A stretch of DNA of 63,964 bases, filler included, from Lama guanicoe (Eukaryota), in the NCBI GenBank assembly GCA_013239625.1. It is 79 parts of 77 records of this genome, joined end to end, with 100 filler letters (N's around TTAATTAATTAA, not from the genome) between each part and the next. Parts side by side here need not be neighbours in the genome. Positions count along the whole stretch, not along the records: positions 1 to 1,240 come from MU055255.1; positions 1,341 to 2,109 come from MU055256.1; positions 2,210 to 3,167 come from MU055257.1; positions 3,268 to 3,808 come from PNXV01012550.1; positions 3,909 to 4,681 come from PNXV01012551.1; positions 4,782 to 5,340 come from MU055258.1; positions 5,441 to 6,300 come from PNXV01012559.1; positions 6,401 to 7,144 come from PNXV01012561.1; 71 more parts are not named here. The stretch is one strand, 5' to 3'. Positions 1 through 9,366 of this stretch are shown here, one piece after another. Numbering within the stretch: position 1 is the stretch's first letter; every line of letters begins with the position of its first letter. The translations under genes and the position numbers were made by a program. The notes below the pieces were generated by a model, which was given only the letters and a program-made list of their open reading frames with translations, was not told the origin of the DNA and ran no database searches.

Positions 1-1240
1 CGACCGTTGCTGGGACCTTCCCACGCTCAGGATTCCGGAACAATTGTCATTGCGTCGGGGAGCTCGAGAGACAAATCAACGCAGCTCTCTTCAGTCATAG
101 GTGTTCCCTGCTCGGGGAAGTCCGAGAAATACCTTCCCTGACATTGGGGAGGCAGCCTGTATCACTGGGATTTCCTGCAAACCCCCCTAGCATTCCCTGG
201 CACAGAGACATTAGGAAAACCCTCAGGGGAGACGAGCTTAGGCATTCCGTTAGAACCCACGCGCTGCCGACCGTTGCTGGGACCTTCCCACGCTCAGGAT
301 TCCGGAACAATTGTCATTGCGTCGGGGAGCTCGAGAGACAAATCAACGCAGCTCTCTTCAGTCACAGGTGTGCCTGATCGGAGAAGTCCGAGAAAAATCT
401 TCCCTGACCTAGGGGAGGCAGCCTCTATCCCTGGGACTTCCTGCAACCCCCCTAGCATTCCCTGGCACAGAGACATTAGGAAAACCCTCAGGGGAGACGA
501 GCTTAGGCATTCCGTTAGAACCCACGTGCTGCCGACCGTTGGTGGAACCTCCCCACGCTCAGNNNNNNNNNNNNNNNNNNNNNNNNNNNNNNNNNNNNNN
601 NNNNNNNNNNNNNNNNNNNNNNNNNNNNNNNNNNNNNNNNNNNNNNNNNNNNNNNNNNNNNNNNNNNNNNNNNNNNNNNNNNNNNNNNNNNNNNNNNNNN
701 NNNNNNNNNNNNNNNNNNNNNNNNNNNNNNNNNNNNNNNNNNNNNNNNNNNNNNNNNNNNNNNNNNNNNNNNNNNNNNNNNNNNNNNNNNNNNNNNNNNN
801 NNNNNNNNNNNNNNNNNNNNNNNNNNNNNNNNNNNNNNNNNNNNNNNNNNNNNNNNNNNNNNNNNNNNNNNNNNNNNNNNNNNNNNNNNNNNNNNNNNNN
901 NNNNNNNNNNNNNNNNNNNNNNNNNNNNNNNNNNNNNNNNNNNNNNNNNNNNNNNNNNNNNNNNNNNNNNNNNNNNNNNNNGCAAACCCGCCTAGCGTTC
1001 CCTGGCACAGAGACATTAGGAAAACCCTCAGGGGATACGAGCTTAGGCATTTCGTTAGAACCCACGCGCTGCCGACCGTTGGTGGAACCTCCACACGCTC
1101 AGGATTCCAGAACCATTGTCAGTGCGTGGGGAACTCGAGAGAAAATTCCACGCAGCTCTCTTCAGTCACAGGAGTTCCGTTAACGGGGAAATCCGAGAAA
1201 TAACTTCCCTGACCTTGGGGAGGCAGACTCTGTCACTGGG
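1..1240 (+). repeat. GC-rich satellite DNA, ~267-bp monomer (family A)
   Basis: CGACCGTT(G/G)... recurs at 1, 268 and 533 (periods 267 and 265). The same monomer resumes after the internal gap (982-1240). Confidence 0.95.
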
Positions 1241-1340
1241 NNNNNNNNNNNNNNNNNNNNNNNNNNNNNNNNNNNNNNNNNNNNTTAATTAATTAANNNN
1301 NNNNNNNNNNNNNNNNNNNNNNNNNNNNNNNNNNNNNNNN
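1241..1340. other. Artificial scaffold-joining spacer N44-TTAATTAATTAA-N44 (first of ~78 copies)
   Basis: Exactly 44 N, TTAATTAATTAA (1285-1296), 44 N. The same structure separates every block. The 12-mer is palindromic and has stops in all six frames. Confidence 0.98.
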
Positions 1341-1778
1341 GCTCCTGAAGAGCCCGCTGCTCCTGCTCATCTAGCCGCTCCTGAACAGCGTGCAGTTCCT
1401 GAAAAGCCTGCAGCTCCTGAAGAACCTGCCGCTCCTGCTGATCTAGCCGCTCCTGAAGAGCCTGCCGCTCCTGAAGATCCTGCCGCTCCTGCTGATCTTG
1501 CCGCTCCTGAAGAGCCTGCCGCTCCTGCTGATCTTGCCACTCCTGAAGAGCCTGCAGTTCCTGCACCTGCACCTGCGCCGCTGGGCAGTGGAGAATCATT
1601 TCGGGCATCATCACCCCGTAGGGCTGAGCCCCCTCTGCCTCCTCCTACACCTTCTCTAAAATCCCACCATGAATCCCCTCCCCTACCCGAAGTTGACTTC
1701 CCTACCCCTGAATTTGCTTTTGTTTTGTTCTTCTTTAGTTTAGTTTATTTGTTTTACATCATTTATGGCATTCTATAG
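1341..1778 (+). CDS. Candidate partial terminal coding exon: Ala/Pro/Glu hexapeptide-repeat protein with C-terminal hydrophobic segment
   Basis: Open from the scaffold edge for 145 codons: (APEEPA/APADLA)n-PAPAPAPLGSGESFRASSPRRAEPPLPPPTPSLKSHHESPPLPEVDFPTPE-FAFVLFFFSLVYLFYIIYGIL-TAG (1776-1778). AATAAA follows at 1801-1806. Not in the ORF track because it has no start codon. Confidence 0.5.
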   Translation, partial: APEEPAAPAHLAAPEQRAVPEKPAAPEEPAAPADLAAPEEPAAPEDPAAPADLAAPEEPAAPADLATPEEPAVPAPAPAPLGSGESFRASSPRRAEPPLPPPTPSLKSHHESPPLPEVDFPTPEFAFVLFFFSLVYLFYIIYGIL

Positions 1779-1800
1779 TTTTCCATTTCCCACTTCCTTT

Positions 1801-1806
1801 AATAAA
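1801..1806 (+). terminator. Candidate polyadenylation signal AATAAA
   Basis: Canonical hexamer 22 nt after the TAG of the 1341-1778 ORF. Confidence 0.4.
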
Positions 1807-1857
1807 ATACAGATTTTTTNNNNNNNNNNNNNNNNNNNNNNNNNNNNNNNNNNNNNN

Positions 1858-2109
1858 GCTCCTGAACAGCCTGCAGCTCTTGAAAAGCCTGCAGCTCCTG
1901 AAGAGCCCGCCACTCCTGAAAAACCTGCCGATCCTGCTGATCTAGCCGCTCCTGAAGAGCCCGCTGCTCCTGCTGATCTAGCCGCTCCTGAAGAGCCTGC
2001 CGCTCCTGCTGATCTTGCCACTCCTGAACAGACTGCAGCTCCTGAAGAGCCCGCCGCTCATGCTGATCTTGCCGCTCCTGAAGAGCCTGCCGCTCCTGCT
2101 GATCTTGCT
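1858..2109 (+). repeat. Second block of the 18-bp (hexapeptide-coding) tandem repeat
   Basis: GCTCCTGAAGAGCCTGCC / GCTCCTGCTGATCTAGCC units, open frame APEQPAALEKPAAPEEPA...APADLA. Confidence 0.9.
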
Positions 2110-2767
2110 NNNNNNNNNNNNNNNNNNNNNNNNNNNNNNNNNNNNNNNNNNNNTTAATTAATTAANNNNNNNNNNNNNNNNNNNNNNNNNNNNNNNNNNN
2201 NNNNNNNNNGGACGCAGGGGCGACGCGTCCAACCGCTTACGTATTAAGGACCCTCGACATTTAGGGAGTAAAGAAGAAGACAAACAGCAAAAGGAGACGG
2301 TACCTCCTCGTCAGGGGACTCCGCGTTTTCCTCTTGTCCCGATTGTCACCTAGAGGGTGCAGGCACACACGTGTTAGCGACAACACTGACCACNNNNNNN
2401 NNNNNNNNNNNNNNNNNNNNNNNNNNNNNNNNNNNNNNNNNNNNNNNNNNNNNNNNNNNNNNNNNNNNNNNNNNNNNNNNNNNNNNNNNNNNNNNNNNNN
2501 NNNNNNNNNNNNNNNNNNNNNNNNNNNNNNNNNNNNNNNNNNNNNAAAGCAAGCAGCAGGTGGTATCTGGACCTAGAGTCTTGAGGTACTTTAGGTTCGC
2601 ACGTAGCTTCTTTCTTTCGACGGAGGTCCTGGCGATGGAGCCCAGGAACTCCTGCGTCCGAAGCATGCCATCCATCTACCCACAAGCTACCCCCTTCCCT
2701 GCCCCACCATGGCGTTGAAGCACAGACGGAAGAAAAAATCAACCTTCGGGGATGTTCGCCCACTTAC

Positions 2768-2906
2768 CGGACATGTCAGGCTGGTCTGCTGCAAGCACAG
2801 ACGTCAATGTCTCGTCCTCGGTTGGCTCCTCCAGAGCACCTTCGTCAGCTACGTTCGTCTCAGGACGGGTGTCTTCCCGTTCGGTTTCTGGCTCGGGCAC
2901 CCCTTC
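2768..2906 (-). CDS. Candidate internal coding exon, acidic peptide of an unidentified gene
   Basis: Minus strand: acceptor TTCTTCCGTTTTGTTGTTACAG|, 139-nt open exon EGVPEPETEREDTRPETNVADEGALEEPTEDETLTSVLAADQPDMS, donor CCG|GTAAGT. Confidence 0.45.
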
Positions 2907-3339
2907 CTGTAACAACAAAACGGAAGAACCCAAAAACCCACCTTGAGGAACCATCCTACTCATGCACGGGGCCATTCAGTCTATCAGTCAGCGAGGCAGG
3001 AGCTATCTACAGTGTCTATCAAGTCACAGGCATTATCCTGGCAAAAGCTGGGAATACACACAAAGGACAGATCCTGCCCTGTCCTGTTACCAGAGACAGG
3101 GACCCGTGAATACCAATGAGCACACTAAAGGACCACTCAGCAGCTCTACAGCCAAAGGGATCGGACANNNNNNNNNNNNNNNNNNNNNNNNNNNNNNNNN
3201 NNNNNNNNNNNTTAATTAATTAANNNNNNNNNNNNNNNNNNNNNNNNNNNNNNNNNNNNNNNNNNNNTGTCCTACCATTAAATTGTCTTTCCCTTCCCCT
3301 TTGGTAAATATAAATTTTTTCCCATATCTTTCAGTCTTG

Positions 3340-3371
3340 TCTATCTAATCTCTCTATCTCTCTACCGTGTC

Positions 3372-3429
<58 letters not shown>

Positions 3430-3441
3430 AATCTAACTGTG

Positions 3442-3473
<32 letters not shown>

Positions 3474-3605
3474 AATCTAACTGTGTATCTATCTGTCTAT
3501 CTATCATGTGTCTATGATATCTATCTGTCTATCTATCATGTGTCTATGTATCTATCCTTCTATGTATCTACTTATCTGTCATCTATCAACAGATATCTAT
3601 ATATA
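3340..3605. repeat. (TCTA)n microsatellite with degenerate flanks, set in an old L1 3'-end-like fragment
   Basis: Long ATCT runs at about 3372-3430 and 3445-3473. Flanks resemble antisense L1 3' sequence (TTTAGATTCCACATAT, CATGGCTGAGTATTATTCCATTG). Confidence 0.85.
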
Positions 3606-3908
3606 GATGTACACATATATTTGTTATTCTTTAGATTCCACATATATATCATATTATATACTTCTGTCTTTGTCTAAGTTTCTTCACTAAGCACAATATT
3701 TACTAGGTCCAATCATGATGCTGAAATAGCATGTGTTATACTTTTTCATGGCTGAGTATTATTCCATTGCATATTTCCAGAATCATCATATTTTCTTAAG
3801 TCCATAGTNNNNNNNNNNNNNNNNNNNNNNNNNNNNNNNNNNNNNNNNNNNNTTAATTAATTAANNNNNNNNNNNNNNNNNNNNNNNNNNNNNNNNNNNN
3901 NNNNNNNN

Positions 3909-4390
3909 GAATTCAGAGCACAGAATACAGAATAAAGAATACAGTATATAGAACACAATATATAGAATATAGAATACAGAATACAGAATACAGAACCCAG
4001 AATTTTAAACATGGAATTCAGAACACAGAATTTAGAATATAGAGTACAGTATATAGAATATCGACTATAGTATGTAGAACACAGAATATAGAATATAGAA
4101 AACAGAACCCAGAATTAAGAACATGGAATGCAGAACACAGAGTATAGAATATAGAATACAGAATACAGAACCCAGAATTTAGAACATGGAATGCAGAACA
4201 CAGAATATAGTATACAGAATTCAGAATATATAATGTAGAATATTGAATGTAGAACACAGAATTTAGAATATAGTATGCATAATACAGAACCCCGAATTTA
4301 GAACATGGAATTCTGAACATAGAATTTAGAATATAGAGTACAGAATACTGAATATAGAATGTAGAATATAGAATGTAGAACACAGAATAT
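3909..4390 (-). repeat. AT-rich heptamer satellite (family H)
   Basis: Units TATAGAA/TTTAGAA/CACAGAA/CATGGAA. CATGGAA landmarks at 4010, 4122, 4185 and 4304 are spaced 112, 63 and 119 bp, all multiples of 7. Confidence 0.93.
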
Positions 4391-4594
4391 TGCTGTGCCT
4401 GCGCCTGCGAAAACCGCTCTGCCCTCCCCACTGGGACCCAATGAAGCTGCCCTGCCTGCAGCCGGAGGGGAATCAGGTGCTCCATAGAGCTGGAGCTTGG
4501 GTCTCTCTATTTTTAAAAAAATTTTTTGAAGATGTTTTTTGTCTTGCACATCAACTTACCAGATATTTATTGAACACTGCACTGTTTATTTACT

Positions 4595-4681
4595 AAAAAA
4601 TATTTTTCTGTGGAGGAGGTAATTATGTTTATTTATTTATTATTACTTTTTTTTCAGAGGGAGTACTGGGGATTGAACCCA
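4595..4681 (-). mobile_element. 3' half of tRNA-derived SINE (Vic-1-like)
   Basis: Reverse complement reads TGGGTTCAATCCCCAGTACTCCC (B box), an A-rich tract, then TAAATAAAT...TAATTACCTCC tail. Homologous to the SINE at 49516. Confidence 0.7.
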
Positions 4682-4781
4682 NNNNNNNNNNNNNNNNNNN
4701 NNNNNNNNNNNNNNNNNNNNNNNNNTTAATTAATTAANNNNNNNNNNNNNNNNNNNNNNNNNNNNNNNNNNNNNNNNNNNN

Positions 4782-4986
4782 CGCTGACCTCCAACAGTCC
4801 CTGAAATTTCACAGTGGAGATCAGGAATGGAGCACTTTGTGCTGTGGGAAAACTGATAAAATAGAGCTTCAGATAGATGTTTTCAGGAGAAGATTTTATA
4901 AGCCCCAATTCTTGCATCTCCTTATATCTAGAAGAGCACTAAATTCATTAATGGTGATGTCTGCTCCTCATAACTGGCAAAAGAAC
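4782..4986 (+). mobile_element. ERV LTR fragment (cetartiodactyl ERV1-type)
   Basis: GAGATCAGGAATG...CTTCAGATAG...TTTTCAGGAGAAGATTTTAT...AATTCTTGCATCT resembles artiodactyl ERV1 LTRs from memory. Not searched. Confidence 0.5.
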
Positions 4987-7900
4987 NNNNNNNNNNNNNN
5001 NNNNNNNNNNNNNNNNNNNNNNNNNNNNNNNNNNNNNNNNNNNNNNNNNNNNNNNNNNNNNNNNNNNNNNNNNNNNNNNNNNNNNNNNNNNNNNNNNNNN
5101 NNNNNNNNNNNNNNNNNNNNNNNNNNNNNNNNNNNNNNNNNCACAACTCTCATAAAATTTTATTTCAGTAAACAGCATGTATATTAAAATAGTTCAAAAC
5201 ATTGATGTCACAATTGGTGAAAAGATACCTCTGCCTATATAATTTCAAACAGAAATAAAAAATAAAAACTGGGCCACCATGATAATGAATCTGTAAGGAG
5301 AGACATTTTCAGCATGATGAAGGGAAGATAAATCACTCTANNNNNNNNNNNNNNNNNNNNNNNNNNNNNNNNNNNNNNNNNNNNTTAATTAATTAANNNN
5401 NNNNNNNNNNNNNNNNNNNNNNNNNNNNNNNNNNNNNNNNTGGTGAGCCACCACTTACACATCGTGTACATCTAAAGTTGCTTTAGGAGGCCTGTAGATT
5501 CTGCTCTCCCAAAGTGGCCTTTTCTGCCTGGAGATACAGCCTTTTTGTACAGCTGATGAAGCTATCTGGTAACCACTATTTAAATTATTCTCAAAGTCTT
5601 TCCCAGAGGAAGTGGTCTTAAAAACAACCTGTTATGGTCATTATATGGAAATTAGATTCTTTTTTTGGACATTAGTTCAGTCTCCAGCCTTTTTTCCCTT
5701 ATGTTTCAATAAGTTATTCTTATGAATCACACATAAGATTATTCAACTGCTTGCTCTTTTGATTTGACAGTGTATTTCCAAAATTCTACCTTTGTAAGTT
5801 TACTTCTACTGTGATTTGTAACTTCAGAGAAATGCAGGCATATTGTTAATAGAAGTCACCCTCTCCGTCATCACTCTGCTCCCACCATCCTGGAGGGATT
5901 TGGAACGCTCATTTTCTATTCTCGATCTGAATACATTCAGCGTTCCACGGATGGTGTGAATGTCTCTGTTCTTGATTTTTGGCAACTTCTTATTTCAAGT
6001 GCCCTTGCTTGTGGTGGGGCAAAAATCATACTTAACACTGTTACATCTGCATTTTCTCAGAGACTCAAGATCATGGGCTATGAGTGTCTTCAAATTTTTG
6101 CAGAGAATCAACGAAGTATCAGTTTAAGGAACTTAGGGAGGCTCTTACAAGAGGAGGTCTTATTTTTCCTTTTTAGAAATAATAATTTCAGTCTTTCTTT
6201 GAAATGTATGGTTGTGCTTTTGAATTATATTATTACTAAGATTTTAAAAAGTCAAATACTACTACTACTTTCCAAGACATATTCCTGTATTAAAAGACAT
6301 NNNNNNNNNNNNNNNNNNNNNNNNNNNNNNNNNNNNNNNNNNNNTTAATTAATTAANNNNNNNNNNNNNNNNNNNNNNNNNNNNNNNNNNNNNNNNNNNN
6401 TGGTTCTCAGTGTGCCCAGGCTCGCTCTTCCAGGCACTCGTGGGAGTAAAGAGAGTTATGTTATTCACTCATTCACAGATTTATTACCCTTGAATTGATC
6501 ATTTATCCCATAGTAAGTGAAACAAGGGGTCAGGAACCTGAGTTTTGTCCCCTCTCCTATCACTGATTGTATCTGTCAGTCGGGGGCCCTGCGTATGCAT
6601 TGTGAAATGGTGGTATATCTTGCCCAATGGGACTGAGAATCAGGGGAGTCTCGTGGGTAGGACAGCACCCTGACACACATGGCAACCCCCTCACCCCGTG
6701 AGACATCATTGTCGTGACCCGATGTAGACGGCGGTGTTAAACCTGAGCGTGTTTAGTTATCTTGGCGGCTCTGAAAATACAGACTACCTGTCTCTACCTC
6801 TGGAGACTCGGAGTGACTGTACCCCAGAATTCTGCATTTTAAGAAGCACTTTAATTTTGATGAAGATTATCTGAGTGTCCCATTGAGAAACAGTGTTGTG
6901 CGATACAGCAATATTGAGGATTATCAGGGAACGATGTCTTTTCAGGATGGTCCAAGGGCCCTCACTTGAGACTTTTGCCTTGGGTTTAATTGTATGTGTT
7001 CAGAAGTGATGTCTCTCACTTCCAGTGCTTGTAAGCATGCTCTGTGCAGGGACTTACACTCAGTAAGTGGCAAAAACTATGATTCTTCAGGTCACCGAGC
7101 TAGATTGTGAGCGATCTTTTATTTTGGTTTTCTTTATAGCAATGNNNNNNNNNNNNNNNNNNNNNNNNNNNNNNNNNNNNNNNNNNNNTTAATTAATTAA
7201 NNNNNNNNNNNNNNNNNNNNNNNNNNNNNNNNNNNNNNNNNNNNTATGAAGCAGAGTTAAGATTTCTTCACAAAGCCTGAAGGACCCGTCAGAGTTCTGA
7301 GTTCCCAACTGCCAAAAATTTCTTGTCCTTAAGTTCTATTTTCTTTGAGGTAATTAGGCTCAGTCCTAGGTCACTGTTTGTTGTATTTATATTTCTGATC
7401 TGCAAGACAAAGACACTCTCTTCCAGGTCCCCAGAGAACTGCTCTGTCACCCAGACCCAATTTTATCTCCTTAATTGGCATTTTTGTGTCAGTGAGAAGA
7501 GCTGTAAACAAAGAATTCCATGTTTTAAAACTTTAAGCTTTACTTTANNNNNNNNNNNNNNNNNNNNNNNNNNNNNNNNNNNNNNNNNNNNNNNNNNNNN
7601 NNNNNNNNNNNNNNNNNNNNNNNNNNNNNNNNNNNNNNNNNNNNNNNNNNNNNNNNNNNNNNNNNNNNNNNNNNNNNNNNNNNNNNNNNNNNNNNNNNNN
7701 NNNNNNNNNNNNNNNNNNNNNNNNNNNNNNNNNNNNNNNNNNNNNNNNNNNNNNNNNNNNNNNNNNNNNNNNNNNNNNNNNNNNNNNNNNNNNNNNNNNN
7801 NNNNNNNNNNNNNNNNNNNNNNNNNNNNNNNNNNNNNNATAAGCAAAAGGATTGTATAAAGACCATTTAAATATACCAATTTCACAAACTTTTATCTCAA

Positions 7901-9270
7901 TTTTATTAAATCTTATACCTTTAATTTTTATATTTATTAGGTTTAATCAATATTTATTTCTAGAAGGAGTGCCAGAAGTCTTCTTTTTTTTTTTTGTGCA
8001 TTGTATATGATTTTATAGACGTGTCTAGGATGCCCAGGTTTCAGACAAAGAGCTTAGGCCCTTCTTAGCTTTTAACTTGATTAATTGGTCTGTTGTCCCA
8101 ATTATTGATCAAGTATTTCAGTCTATATATACATATATTTTAAACTGTGGTAAGTAAAACGGACTTATTTGAACTTTAATGTTGGGGGGTGTAGGTGATC
8201 TCTTTGGCCCTTTTATTTTAACTTTACGTAGTGTAGTATCAAAACCTTGTATCTAAATCCAAAAATGTCCATTTTATTTATCTCATTTAAAATAACAATA
8301 TAAAAATATTTATCCATTTGGGATAAGCCACTTATCTTTTATTTTCACATTTTTACAATCCTTTTTCCAGTTATTCAAAGTAATTAACATTAATTATTCT
8401 AAGTTTTTATTAGCATATCTAGAAACATTNNNNNNNNNNNNNNNNNNNNNNNNNNNNNNNNNNNNNNNNNNNNTTAATTAATTAANNNNNNNNNNNNNNN
8501 NNNNNNNNNNNNNNNNNNNNNNNNNNNNNAATAAACAATGTTATCAATCACTGAGCAGCAAATTGGAGAGCATACTAGACAACAATGTGCACAGTATTTC
8601 TCCACAAGAAGTTGGGCTATTATGAAGAGATCGTAAATAGAAAATGTTCTTTACTTTTAATACAACAAAACAGATGATATATTCACCTCAATTTTTTCAC
8701 TTGCAAGGTATAACACTCCCAAGTAGGTCCATGCAGCAGCATTCTAGAAAACACACACATATACGAAATTAGGCCCCTTGTCTATATGGCAGTCTCAGAA
8801 AATTATTAATACTAAATTTTGAAGTTCTTTTTTATAGATAAGACACACAGAAACACAATTTGTTCTGACTGGATTGCCTTGATAAAACAGTGCTGAGCAA
8901 TTGATAAAACAGTGCTGAGCAAGGGCATAATTTTCAATACCTGAAAAATACACACTTTGATAAAACTGAACTTCACTGACTGAAATAGACAATCTTCTAA
9001 AAATATTGAAGTGTTACTCAATTCTTACCACTGTAACATGAAACTACACCAAGAGCATTCCAGTATAAGTGATTACTACTGTCGAGTCTCACGGCTTTTT
9101 TCAGACACTGAAAAGTAAAATTAGACACATTTTTATTTCCTGGAATATCAGCATTTATATCAAGAGAAATGTGGTTTTATGTAAAAACACTACAAGATGT
9201 ACTTTATCAAAAACATCGTTCAGAAAAGCCCTTAAGTTTTAAAAAAGTTTATAAAAAATTTTCAAAATCA

Positions 9271-9366
<96 letters not shown>

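Noticed and set aside
515..985. ORF-track entries made mostly of X (here and at many other gaps)
   Set aside because: They run through N gaps and carry no information.
1050..1067. Possible CENP-B box in satellite A (TTTCGTTAGAACCCACG)
   Set aside because: Only the 5' TTCG part fits; the essential CGGG is missing, and other monomers read TTCCG.
144..1203. Recurring ORFs such as PSIPWHRDIRKTLRGDELRHSVRTH (also near 18 kb and 57-58 kb)
   Set aside because: They are translations of the 267-bp satellite; 267 is divisible by 3, and frames break between copies.
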